From a virus (lineage: Duplodnaviria; Caudoviricetes), in IMG/VR virus record IMGVR_UViG_3300028840_001668, positions 1 through 37,805 of that record: a DNA stretch of 37,805 bases. The stretch is one strand, 5' to 3'. The position numbers and the translations under genes are program-made. Position 1 is the first letter of the stretch. Each line of letters opens with the position of its first letter. Shown one piece after another: positions 27,049-36,025 of this stretch. Below the pieces are notes generated by a model, which saw only the letters and a list, made by a program, of their open reading frames with translations, did not search any database and was not told where the DNA came from.

Positions 27049-28536
27049 TTACTGAACAAACTGAATTGCAATAATAACGTCGCCAGTTTTAATCCCTTTT
27101 GGGAAGTCTACTTTAATATCTCCGCTTGCAGGAGTATCACCAGCATAAACATCATTCTGTGTAGTTCCATTTCCACCATACAGAAGCCTACCATTTAAGA
27201 ATAAAAATGTATCAACTCCTGCTGGCGTATTCATATCAATACTGTGAGGAGAAGAAATATCTAATCCGCCAGCTCCTCCTGGGATATTTACGTCCTGAGA
27301 ATAGTTTGATCCAGCAACAAAAATGCCAAGAGTTAAATCAACGCCTCCATGTTCCCCTGCATATTTAATTGCAGCAGCAACAGAAGAAAAGGACTGGCTA
27401 AATAAACCAGAAATTGCCCCACTAGTTACATCGTCTAATTCTAATGCTGTTTCCCTGCTAGTAGTAAACTGAATTTCTGCAACAGAGCTTAAATGTACGT
27501 TGCCAGACGTTATAGTCTGTAAAGTTAAATCTCCTCCCGTTCTTGCAACGCGACCAGCAGCTCCACCAACTTCTACTTCATTAAAAGTAGCCTTATTGCT
27601 ATTGCCATCGATATCCCCATTCATATCGAGGGCACCATTAATTTCTAACTCGTCTCCAGCAGCAAGAGCCTGAACCCTTAAGATCTTTACTGCTCCAGTA
27701 GAATCGGAGACAACAAATTCCTTTGTATCCGTTAATCTAAAATCAACATCTGTATCATCAACTGTAACAATGGATCCGCCATTATATGCAGCATCCATAG
27801 ATACAGCAGCAGCAGCAGGAGCATCTGCAAAAACAAAATCTGGTAAGAAAGCTTGTTCGGACAAAGAATCTAAATCGTTGCGAACAACATATCCGTAATT
27901 AATTGTTGTACTTTCTATATCTGCAACAGGACAAGCTTCAAGGTCGTCATATGTTGCGTTTGCTCTTACGAAAGAAATCTGTGCTTGTTCATCTCCGGAT
28001 GCAGCAAATGCTGTTCCATCTGTTGCAGCAGAACCAACCTGTAATAAGCCATAAACAGTTTTTCCGCCAGAAAGAATAGGATCGCCAGTTGTTCCATCAA
28101 TAACGTGTAATAAGTTTTTTGGGTTTAAAGCATTTGATCCTGCAATCTCCGTTAGGGAATGGGATCCAATAGCTCCTGCTAACTGTGCTGTTACTGCCCC
28201 CTTTACAGAAGTAGCAATAGCCTTAACCTCTGAAGGATATTCACCAGCCCCAAGGGCAACATAGTTTTGACTTGCTGGAACACTAACATCCGCAAAAAGC
28301 TGTGCGTTCTTTAATGCAAGTTTATCTTCCAGCTTTGCCCTTGCTGCAAGTAAAGCAACTGTTTCGTCTGGCGTATCGTACCAATTTGTTTCTCCAAGTA
28401 AATTTTTAACCTGTGACATAACGCTATCAATAGCGTCTGCCAAATCAACAGCCCCAGACTCGAGAGTAGAACCAGAAGATTTTGTGTCATCAAACGGAGG
28501 TGTTTTAATTTGGTCTGGATCGATTCTTGTTACCAT
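27049..28536 (-). CDS. Large acidic beta-rich virion protein (fibre/decoration-like)
   Basis: 495 aa, Ala/Gly/Ser/Thr/Asp-rich; 'SQVKNLLGETNWYD' and C-terminal 'FLNGRLL...ND...GDVI' domain typical of phage fibres. Confidence 0.6.
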   Translation of the reverse strand: MVTRIDPDQIKTPPFDDTKSSGSTLESGAVDLADAIDSVMSQVKNLLGETNWYDTPDETVALLAARAKLEDKLALKNAQLFADVSVPASQNYVALGAGEYPSEVKAIATSVKGAVTAQLAGAIGSHSLTEIAGSNALNPKNLLHVIDGTTGDPILSGGKTVYGLLQVGSAATDGTAFAASGDEQAQISFVRANATYDDLEACPVADIESTTINYGYVVRNDLDSLSEQAFLPDFVFADAPAAAAVSMDAAYNGGSIVTVDDTDVDFRLTDTKEFVVSDSTGAVKILRVQALAAGDELEINGALDMNGDIDGNSNKATFNEVEVGGAAGRVARTGGDLTLQTITSGNVHLSSVAEIQFTTSRETALELDDVTSGAISGLFSQSFSSVAAAIKYAGEHGGVDLTLGIFVAGSNYSQDVNIPGGAGGLDISSPHSIDMNTPAGVDTFLFLNGRLLYGGNGTTQNDVYAGDTPASGDIKVDFPKGIKTGDVIIAIQFVQ

Positions 28537-28553
28537 GAGAATTCTCCATTAAA

Positions 28554-28802
28554 TTAAATAAGCTCTGCCCTAATCTTTTCTGCACCATCTAGCGGATGAA
28601 TTTTGGGCGCAACAAAAAAAGTAATTGTATTAGGAACGCTCACTGTATAATCACTTCCTTCTTCTAGTAGCAACCCGTTTTTAAAAAGTCGTAAGACTTG
28701 TTCAAAGGAATTAGTAGTTGTAAAAATAACCTTTATTCCGTCTACCTGACTAGTAAGATACTCAATTGTGGGAGTTAGAACTGTAAAATCTATAGTTACC
28801 AT
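28554..28802 (-). CDS. Small virion beta-domain protein
   Basis: 'DGIKVIFT...LFKNGLLLEEGSDYTV...TITFFVAP' fibre-type repeat domain. Confidence 0.65.
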   Translation of the reverse strand: MVTIDFTVLTPTIEYLTSQVDGIKVIFTTTNSFEQVLRLFKNGLLLEEGSDYTVSVPNTITFFVAPKIHPLDGAEKIRAELI

Positions 28803-28821
28803 TTTCTACTCCCTAGATAAG

Positions 28822-29247
28822 TTAAACCTTCTTAGGCTCAATAATTATAATACCCTCTAAATCTACATCTGTTCCTCCTGTTGGAGTAATTGCAACAAAC
28901 AACAATGGTTTTTTCTCGTCGTCTGTCTCAAGATTAATAAAAGGCTTTGGCGGATCAAAACTTGTATCTGTTATAGTAGTTACTCCAGTAACACTAAGAA
29001 CCTTATCCCTAGCGAGTGTTGCACCAGACTTTGTTCTTAGCTCTACGGCATAAGACGTTGCATCCCCTCCAACCTTTTCTAAAACAATTCTAAAAACTAA
29101 ACCACCTTCTACAAATCCTTTGTAATTTTCAAAGTCGACTGGAATCTCTGTTGTACTGCCAGACAGAATATTTTCAAATGGCTCTCCAGAATTGCTTCCT
29201 TTGCACAAGGCATATATTAAGTCTGGGTTAGGAAATTCGTTTACCAT
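28822..29247 (-). CDS. Hypothetical beta-rich protein (possibly virion)
   Basis: 141-aa ORF with GGGGGA RBS in the operon. Confidence 0.6.
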   Translation of the reverse strand: MVNEFPNPDLIYALCKGSNSGEPFENILSGSTTEIPVDFENYKGFVEGGLVFRIVLEKVGGDATSYAVELRTKSGATLARDKVLSVTGVTTITDTSFDPPKPFINLETDDEKKPLLFVAITPTGGTDVDLEGIIIIEPKKV

Positions 29248-29256
29248 TATTTCCCC

Positions 29257-29445
29257 CTACAAACTATCAGTCATTTCTTTGTATAAAAGAAAAAATACTA
29301 TTGTCCATCCTGCTATCGCCAATCCAAAACTAAACAAAGCAAGTATTTTCCAAAGAACCAATGCCTTCTTTGTTTTGTTTGTAATAACATTTCCAGCGGG
29401 CAAAGGTCTAACAAACCTTTCTTTCTTTTGAAAAGGCCATTGCAT
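29257..29445 (-). CDS. Small single-pass membrane protein
   Basis: GGAGG-N7-ATG at 29445 (MQWPFQKK...); one hydrophobic helix 'ILALFSFGLAIAGWTIVFFLLY'. Confidence 0.65.
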   Translation of the reverse strand: MQWPFQKKERFVRPLPAGNVITNKTKKALVLWKILALFSFGLAIAGWTIVFFLLYKEMTDSL

Positions 29446-29464
29446 AGCAAAGCCTCCAAAAGAT

Positions 29465-30562
29465 TTATTCGTCCGGAGTATTTGACATCGGAACACTCTC
29501 AAAGTTCACAATGTCAACATGATGATAATGCTGTTCGTCTTGGGAAGTTTCTCCCTTAACTCTCCAGCCAGTTTCATCAAACTCCGTTAACTCAATTTCA
29601 AATTTATGACTATGGCTCTTGATCAGGCTTGTAACTTCATCATAAGTAGTGCTTACAATATCTGATGCAATGCCTTCAATAAGGTAATAAGTTGCCTCTT
29701 CTTTTGTCTCGCCAACAAAGAACTTTTTCATAACTCCCTGTATTTCTTTGTCAACGATTTCTCCATGTGCAGTATGAATATGACCATCCGCCTCCCCGGT
29801 CTTAAGAACCATCATACCTTTACGGATAGACGCAACTTTTAAATCTGTATCTTCTTCTTTCTTTCTAGGCATATATCCGTGCATCTCTGCAAACTCTTCC
29901 ACGGTCATTGTCGAACCAGTTAAATATGTAAGCTCTTCCATTAACTTTTCAACTAGCCCTTCCATTGTCGCAAAAATGTAACGCCTAGAAATCCACTTAT
30001 AGTCTCTTCTACTATCTTCTGTCTCTGCAATTTCCCAATCTTCAGAAATGTCTAGTATCAAACCATTCTCTGCTGTTTCAATTCGAATATACTTATTTCT
30101 TAAAAACCAGTCTCCTTGTTTAGAAACCTTTTCATAATCTACACCAACCAGAGCACCTAGTTCAATTCCCATACCCTTCTTGACATTTGCGTCTTTTTTT
30201 GCAGCAGCTCCAACGCCAACCTTCTTCGCAGCAGCTTGTAAAACCTTTAAAGCACTTTTCTTTTGTGCTGCTGTTAAATCAGATTGCGGAAGTCTTGCCA
30301 AGGCGTTTCTTAAATGTGGAAGATCCACTTTTCCGTTCGCATCTTTATATGGAAGCTTCCTTAGGGATCTGGGAACTGTTTTGTTTCCTTGGTCCTTCTT
30401 TCCTCCCGTGAGAACAATAGCAAAAGCACTATCCGGAAGATTGTTTATATAAGCAGTTGTCCATACTGCTTTCTTCGTTTTCTCTTTCTTCTTGTTGTGT
30501 TGCGCTTTCTGAATATCCTCTTCTAAAAGCTTAGTTTTAAACTTCTTGTCTAAAAGCTCCAT
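29465..30562 (-). CDS. Multidomain protein: 'INNLPDSAFA...RKLPY...HLRNALARLPQ' (DUF6582-like) domain plus C-terminal HxH repeats
   Basis: Recognisable N-terminal motif; GHIH, SHSH and HYHH repeats; first gene after a 230-bp intergenic region; GGAGG RBS. Confidence 0.65.
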   Translation of the reverse strand: MELLDKKFKTKLLEEDIQKAQHNKKKEKTKKAVWTTAYINNLPDSAFAIVLTGGKKDQGNKTVPRSLRKLPYKDANGKVDLPHLRNALARLPQSDLTAAQKKSALKVLQAAAKKVGVGAAAKKDANVKKGMGIELGALVGVDYEKVSKQGDWFLRNKYIRIETAENGLILDISEDWEIAETEDSRRDYKWISRRYIFATMEGLVEKLMEELTYLTGSTMTVEEFAEMHGYMPRKKEEDTDLKVASIRKGMMVLKTGEADGHIHTAHGEIVDKEIQGVMKKFFVGETKEEATYYLIEGIASDIVSTTYDEVTSLIKSHSHKFEIELTEFDETGWRVKGETSQDEQHYHHVDIVNFESVPMSNTPDE

Positions 30563-30791
30563 TCTTTGGCCTCCATATAACTAATGGATTTATCTATCTA
30601 TATACCTTTATATACAGCGCAAAATTGCGATAAAATAGAAACTTGCATAAAATCATGTATCTCTCTTGTGTACCCTACCCTATAACAAAACTGGTTTTTA
30701 AACGTTAACTTTTGGCTATTTTTAAGCCTTTTTATATATGAAAAACCATACTTTTTTGGAACTTTTAAAACCTTGTACTTAAACTAGCGTT
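30563..30791 (-). promoter_or_regulatory. AT-rich intergenic region, probable promoter of the structural operon
   Basis: Only large gap upstream of ~30 kb of tightly packed genes; contains a CGCAA-N2-TTGCG palindrome and a GATAGATAAA motif. Confidence 0.45.
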
Positions 30792-31034
30792 TTACACAGG
30801 AGCCCCAGATCCGTCTGGTTTTGTTGGTTTTCCACTATGTTTTTTATCCTGTTTTTCTGTCTCTTTAGATGCGTTTACAAGTGATATAAATCCCTGTGAA
30901 TTAAGAACAGCAACTGCAATAATAGCAATCCATATTCCTGTACCAAAATCCCAATCGTATCCTTTTATAGGACAATGTTCTAACGCAATCATAGTACATA
31001 AAACAATGTACGAAACTGCTCCGCCAAAATTCAT
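30792..31034 (-). CDS. Small two-TM membrane protein
   Basis: Likely start MNFGG (31034) after GAAAGG; two hydrophobic segments and a charged tail. Confidence 0.55.
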   Translation of the reverse strand: MNFGGAVSYIVLCTMIALEHCPIKGYDWDFGTGIWIAIIAVAVLNSQGFISLVNASKETEKQDKKHSGKPTKPDGSGAPV

Positions 31035-31072
31035 AGCACAGCCTTTCAACTTGAAATCTTTTTTGTGCTTTT

Positions 31073-31144
31073 AGCCGGAGAAGGGATTCGAACCCTTATC
31101 ATCTTCATTACAAATGAAGTGCTCCGCCGTTGAGCTACTCCGGC
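31073..31144 (-). tRNA. trnT: tRNA-Thr(UGU)
   Basis: GCCGGAG/CTCCGGC acceptor stem, TAGCTCA D-arm start, CTTCA-TT-TGT-AA-TGAAG anticodon arm, AAGGG-TTCGAAT-CCCTT T-arm; U discriminator, no encoded CCA. Confidence 0.95.
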
Positions 31145-31279
31145 GGATTTTACATCCCTTTGTCTAGGCATCTTGCCAGGAAGCATAAAGAAAGGATTAA
31201 CCTTTCTTCCACTCCACGGATGCCACATCTATATAGTCCTTTCTGTTTTTTAAATTTTCAAAAAGGCTAATTTTAAAGT

Positions 31280-31315
31280 GAGGCAAATAGACAATCGCCA
31301 AAACCTATTTGCCTC
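31280..31315 (-). terminator. 11-bp perfect hairpin after the MmcB-like gene
   Basis: GAGGCAAATAG-N14-CTATTTGCCTC; only a weak U-tract (ACTTT). Confidence 0.45.
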
Positions 31316-31356
31316 TGCTGCATTGCACAGCCTCGAGGAGATGTTACATACCTAAA

Positions 31357-31974
31357 TTAATAATCTCTTTTCAACTTAGTACACAAAGAAATCTGCGCAC
31401 AGGCTTTTGTATCGTGTACATACGCCCGAGCAGATACAGCAGTTAAATCTTTTCCTGCAGATTTAGCTATCCTTCTTATTGCACTAAGTAGTATCTGCAC
31501 TTCTTTTCTTTCGTTTCGTTTCAAAAAGTATTGTGTATCACACTGACGAACAATACTTACTCTCGGTTGCCCCTTTCTCTTTCCTTTTTGCCACTCTGAA
31601 ACCTCTATCAATCCCCATCCGGGAGGCAAAAGGTTTGTTCTTATAACGCCAGCATAAGCCATATAGTATCTAAACAAACCAAGACCACTCTCGGGATTCC
31701 TCCTATGTGGCTTATTTGAATCAGAATTAAAATCTGCAATACTGGATTTACATTCTATAACAATAGGCATACTCCAATTCCAACCTATTGCATCTGGCAC
31801 CTCACCAAAACCCGCTTTCATTTCTGTTATAACAACAGCACATTTTTTGCTAAGCCATTCTTTCGCAATATCTACAAGCTTCTGATGATCTGTTTGTTCT
31901 TCTGTATCCCTCTTCCTTTCTTTCTTTCCAGCATTAATCAAATGCCGTTTCTTAACACGTCTCCTTCTTGTCAT
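31357..31974 (-). CDS. MmcB-like PD-(D/E)xK nuclease-fold protein
   Basis: 'EVPDAIGW...IVIECKSSIADFNSD..KPHR...GLGLFRYY...LPPGWGLIEV'. Confidence 0.8.
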   Translation of the reverse strand: MTRRRRVKKRHLINAGKKERKRDTEEQTDHQKLVDIAKEWLSKKCAVVITEMKAGFGEVPDAIGWNWSMPIVIECKSSIADFNSDSNKPHRRNPESGLGLFRYYMAYAGVIRTNLLPPGWGLIEVSEWQKGKRKGQPRVSIVRQCDTQYFLKRNERKEVQILLSAIRRIAKSAGKDLTAVSARAYVHDTKACAQISLCTKLKRDY

Positions 31975-32004
31975 TATATTCTTTAGCCTTTATGAAAAAG
32001 AAAA

Positions 32005-32262
32005 TTAAAATCCTAAACGATGATGCTGCTTACAAACAGACAAACCACGTCGTACATTTTCTCTCATCTTCTTTACGTTCTTTTTCTTTCCGCACACATC
32101 ACAGATTCTAATTTTCTTTTTCCTGCCTTTATATTCTTCCGTTTCCCTTGGGCCTTTAACCCTTATATCTCCTCTGTATAACTTTCTTAGGAACCTAGCT
32201 TGTCTACCGTTTAATTCTTTTCCTTTAAACTTAGTTCCCTGTTTCAAAGTCTGTACAAGCAT
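32005..32262 (-). CDS. Small basic Zn-finger protein
   Basis: CDVC...VCKQHH; AAGGAG RBS. Confidence 0.65.
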   Translation of the reverse strand: MLVQTLKQGTKFKGKELNGRQARFLRKLYRGDIRVKGPRETEEYKGRKKKIRICDVCGKKKNVKKMRENVRRGLSVCKQHHRLGF

Positions 32263-33493
32263 CTTTTTCTCTCCTTACAACTAAGGAAGCTTATCTATTC
32301 CGCCTCTTATTCTAAATGGTTTCTTGCTAAACCTTCTTTCTACTTCTAATCTTTATCTAGTGTATACGGAGCAGACATTTGTTCATCTATAGACAGTTTT
32401 ATCTGCACCTTTCTACCCTTATTTTGTATCTTCTAAATAGTGTTCTATTTCTAATGTCTTAAACAACTAAGAATTAAATACAAGGCAAGAAATAAGAAAA
32501 ACAAAGGGAAATCCTGCATACACCATATAGACGTAGCTAGGCAAACAAAAAACACCTTTTTACAGGACACTCTCACAGAACCTTATATAGCTCTACAACT
32601 AAAAATGGGTTCTGTGGAGGCAAAAAATGTGATCCATTTTACTGGGTATAAGTAAGGGATTGTAAATACTCGTTTACAGATTTCCCTAAACTTTATTATT
32701 TTTCTACTTGGTATGCTAGGCAAGGCATGTTGTTTTTAGGCTTGTTTTGCTTCTTAGCTATAGCTTTCTTATGCTTTTTGTACACGTTTTCTATTATAAG
32801 AAAGTGCCTTACTGGAGAACAAACGTAAGTCCAGGGGAGGGCCGGTATAGTCATATGGAGGTTAATTACTTCCTACTAATGGTCTATAGCACACGTCTTG
32901 TTTGTGTACAGGGTTTCATTATACCCTCTGTTTTCATACTATCTTCTATACATTTTCTTTCGCCGTATACTGCTCTACATACTGCTTCTTCTGTTATTCC
33001 CATTGTTCTTTTCCTACACCTTGCAAGTAATACGCTTTCTTTTCTACCCTCTTTCTTCTCTTCTTCTATTGCATTTAATAGCTGCATTCTAGCCATTTCT
33101 CTTAGTGTGAATACACTGCCATCTTTTAACCATGTTTCGCTTACTTCACATCCATATGTATATTCTACGGTTGTTTGGCATTCTGTGTAGTAGCGAGGGT
33201 AGCGTTCTTTTATATTATCCATTATGTTATTCCTTATGTTTATGTTGTACATTTATAAGCACTATCTTGTCTGTATCTAGTGTTCTATCCAGTTGGATTT
33301 GAACACCTAGAAACCTATCTAATTCTCTAATGTTTATTGTATTTGATTCCCATTGTGTAATTTGGTGCAAACTGTTAGTTTGTATGGGTGGAACAAATAG
33401 TAGGCTTTTCATTGTTTTATGTGCCTAATATGCTCTGTATTATACGCTTTTTTAACGTTATGAAACCAAATACCTAGTAGGGTAGCCTATGGG
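32263..33493. other. Long, largely non-coding AT-rich region with inverted and direct repeats
   Basis: No convincing ORF; purine-skew switch near 32460; hairpins at 32574-32616 and 32655-32687. Confidence 0.55.
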
Positions 33494-34036
33494 TTAGGGA
33501 TTATGCTTAGTATGCAAGTTTGTTATTTCTACATCTTCTACTGTTATTACTTGTTCTCCCTGTTCTTCTGTGCAAGTTAAGAACTCCTGTATTCTCTGTT
33601 TCTCATCTCCTGTAGCTGTTTTAAGCTTTTCTCTAGCTATTGTAAGCGCACATTCTTTGCAGTATCCTCCATGTTTTCCTGCCCAATAAGCTTTTCCCTG
33701 TACCGTATTATCACAACCTGGACACACTTTGCCTTTGCCTTCCGTGTATTCATGTTGATGTCTTAAACTGTCTTCATCTACTGGCATTCCCAAATTAATA
33801 ACTGTATTGTTCGTTACGGAACAAGCAGATAGAATTAAGCCATTAAATATAGCCTGTCTTATCTTTCCAGGCATATCTTCATGGTCTAGCACAAGAACAG
33901 CCTCTCCTGAATCTCCCTTAAACAAGCGCAAAACCTTAACCTGTGCTGTACCCTCTCCTGCTTTTATTGTTAGTGTCTTTATCTCTTTATTTACTATCGT
34001 ATCGTATTGTACGTCTGTTTGTATTACTAATCCCAT
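33494..34036 (-). CDS. Hypothetical protein with CxxC...CxxC Zn finger
   Basis: CPGC and CKEC pairs; GAGG RBS. Confidence 0.65.
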   Translation of the reverse strand: MGLVIQTDVQYDTIVNKEIKTLTIKAGEGTAQVKVLRLFKGDSGEAVLVLDHEDMPGKIRQAIFNGLILSACSVTNNTVINLGMPVDEDSLRHQHEYTEGKGKVCPGCDNTVQGKAYWAGKHGGYCKECALTIAREKLKTATGDEKQRIQEFLTCTEEQGEQVITVEDVEITNLHTKHNP

Positions 34037-34046
34037 TGTATCCTCT

Positions 34047-34092
34047 TAAAAAAGGTGTTTAGGGAAGGAAGCGGCGACAACCTTCCCTAAAC
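34047..34092 (-). terminator. Rho-independent terminator
   Basis: GTTTAGGGAAGG-N12-CCTTCCCTAAAC followed by ACCTTTTTT on the minus strand. Confidence 0.7.
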
Positions 34093-34120
34093 GTTTCCCT
34101 AATGAAAGGGAACCTGGATT

Positions 34121-34507
34121 TTATATTCCGTCTTCTCCTAGGCCATTCTTACATTGAACACAAAGAGGCCCATTTTGTGTAAAGTATCTGCCTTCTCCTT
34201 TTAGTATTTTGCATTCACACATAACACAAAACCCTGCTGTCTCTTCCTTTACTATCCCCTTTTGTTTTGATTCTTTTCCAATGCTAGAAACCTTATGTTC
34301 ACATAGTTCTACTATCTTCTGCTTTAAATCCTCCATTATCCCAGACTCTACAAGCGCATCTGACATAAACTCTATTATTGGATACCTAACAGAGTTTATA
34401 ATCTTACCGTCTTTACAGATTTCTATTTTCTTTTTTACGTCGTTTTCTACTATCTTAAAATCCGGCATTAGTTCTTGTAGTTGTTTAGCGAACGTTTTGA
34501 TATCCAT
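34121..34507 (-). CDS. Hypothetical protein with C-terminal Zn finger
   Basis: CVMC...CVQC; N-terminus resembles 35982..36236. Confidence 0.65.
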   Translation of the reverse strand: MDIKTFAKQLQELMPDFKIVENDVKKKIEICKDGKIINSVRYPIIEFMSDALVESGIMEDLKQKIVELCEHKVSSIGKESKQKGIVKEETAGFCVMCECKILKGEGRYFTQNGPLCVQCKNGLGEDGI

Positions 34508-34509
34508 TT

Positions 34510-34788
34510 TTATCTCTCGTCTACAATTTTCATCGTAGAATCAAACACTATACTAGATAAAAGAAATCTTGTCTTCACATCTTCCCATCCGCATTTTTTA
34601 TCACACTCTAAGCACAAATCCCCAACCAACTGCTTATCTCCGTTAAGAATAATCTCTTCTTTTATAACAGCCTTAACAACTCTCTTATTGTGAACACACA
34701 CTTTTAGTTTTGGTTCTTGTACTTCTCTTTTAATTGTTTTTATTGAGAACAGCCTAATACCGTCTTCTTTATCCATCTTATTACTCAA
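34510..34788 (-). CDS. Small Cys-rich hypothetical protein
   Basis: CVH...CLEC...C; overlaps the upstream stop. Confidence 0.6.
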   Translation of the reverse strand: MSNKMDKEDGIRLFSIKTIKREVQEPKLKVCVHNKRVVKAVIKEEIILNGDKQLVGDLCLECDKKCGWEDVKTRFLLSSIVFDSTMKIVDER

Positions 34789-35167
34789 TAATATTATCTA
34801 TAACAGGAATACCATGTTCTTTTGCTTGCATAACCATATTCATCGTTCCTCTACTTTCTTGTCTCTCTCCTGAAAAGAAAGCAAATACAACTTCTGGTTT
34901 TCCTTCTTTTATCATTCTAAAGTTTCTGTATGGCCCCGCCTTTGGGCCGTACGTTTTCCAATCTGCAACATACTCTTCAAAGTTTAAATCTGCTCTTATT
35001 GCTTCTTTTCTTGCTAGTGTATCAGCCCCTGGTGCCCCGCCTTCAATAACAGTACAGTCTTTTCTAAGCTTTTTTATAACATCTCTTATAGCCTTTTTAT
35101 TATTAAAATCTCTGCTTCCACATATAAGAACTCTTTTATATTTGTACTTTCTTTTCTTGTTATTCAT
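34781..35167 (-). CDS. Stand-alone SLOG-family protein (DUF2493 / YspA-like)
   Basis: 'RVLICGSRDF...VIEGGAPGADTLA...ADWKTYGPKAGPYRN..M...SRGTMNMV..A...GIPV'; likely start at MNNKK (35167). Confidence 0.88.
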   Translation of the reverse strand: MNNKKRKYKYKRVLICGSRDFNNKKAIRDVIKKLRKDCTVIEGGAPGADTLARKEAIRADLNFEEYVADWKTYGPKAGPYRNFRMIKEGKPEVVFAFFSGERQESRGTMNMVMQAKEHGIPVIDNIIE

Positions 35168-35585
35168 TGTATCTTCCTCTTGCAAGCATTAGCCTATCTG
35201 GTGTATCTTTCGCAACACTAACTAGTGCAACATACGTTCCGCCAGACGCTATTCTATTAGCAAGATCAAGAACTTTTGTTTGGTTCAATACCTCTGCGTT
35301 TGGTGCGTTAAATTGTACAGCAGGAGAATACCCTTTTATCTCGTCTTTGTGAATCATTACAACACCAAGCTTATCCGGCCTATACTGCCCTTTCTTATCC
35401 TTGTTCTTTTCCATCAAACGCCAAAGGCAATTAAAACCCTTGCAAACGTCTGGTCGTTCTTCGTGTATTGAACAACCTTCTTCTGTGCAATGCTTACACC
35501 ATTCTCCTGCTTTTTTATCTAGCTCTGGAATGTCCAAAACAAGACAACAAAGTGTGCAGCTTCCACAGTATCTTAGGCTGTCCAT
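35160..35585 (-). CDS. YkgJ-family CxxCxxCC (Fe-S/Zn) protein
   Basis: 'CGSCTLCC...WCKHC...GCSIHEERPDVCKGFNCLW...RPDKLGVV'. Confidence 0.85.
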   Translation of the reverse strand: MDSLRYCGSCTLCCLVLDIPELDKKAGEWCKHCTEEGCSIHEERPDVCKGFNCLWRLMEKNKDKKGQYRPDKLGVVMIHKDEIKGYSPAVQFNAPNAEVLNQTKVLDLANRIASGGTYVALVSVAKDTPDRLMLARGRYNE

Positions 35586-35779
35586 TGTTTCTTCCAGCTA
35601 ATCGACTTTAGCTTTTTCTTTGCAGTTGTAAGCCTATTCTTTGCTTCGTGCAAAGCATCGTACCTATCATCCCCTTTATCTTCTTCACAGAGTAAAATAA
35701 TTTCTGCTACCTGATCTATTTCTCCCTGTATGCGTTGTATGCTTGCCTGTATCTTACTTTCAATCTCTGCTTCTCTCAT
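35573..35779 (-). CDS. Hypothetical helical protein
   Basis: 68 aa, GAGG RBS. Confidence 0.6.
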   Translation of the reverse strand: MREAEIESKIQASIQRIQGEIDQVAEIILLCEEDKGDDRYDALHEAKNRLTTAKKKLKSISWKKQWTA

Positions 35780-35794
35780 TTGTGTATCCTCACG

Positions 35795-36025
35795 TTAAAA
35801 AACGTTTGTACCTTCTTTTCCATTCTCTTTGTGAATAACTTTAGCTTTGCTATTCATAAGAACAACCGTCTTTCTTATTTGTCTTTCTTGTTGAATAAGC
35901 TCTGTTAAAGCTTCCAAAGCAGTATCAGTCATATTCTTTAGCTCTTTGGCATTTCCGCCAACTGATATAAGGATCTCCATTTTAAGTCTCCCATTGACTC
36001 CCAAAAAGTTTATTCTTATGAGCAT
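35795..36025 (-). CDS. Hypothetical protein
   Basis: Operon-filling ORF; the true start may be the downstream MEILI. Confidence 0.5.
   Translation of the reverse strand: MLIRINFLGVNGRLKMEILISVGGNAKELKNMTDTALEALTELIQQERQIRKTVVLMNSKAKVIHKENGKEGTNVF

Noticed and set aside
30792-31034. Holin assignment for the two-TM protein
   Set aside because: No endolysin nearby and no family motif; left as a membrane protein
31046-31228. 60-aa ORF
   Set aside because: Overlaps the tRNA-Thr and the upstream hairpin
32747-33412. ORFs of 147 (+), 122 (-), 64 (+) and 61 (-) aa
   Set aside because: No clear RBS or motifs and atypical composition; treated as part of a non-coding region, though the 122-aa ORF cannot be fully excluded
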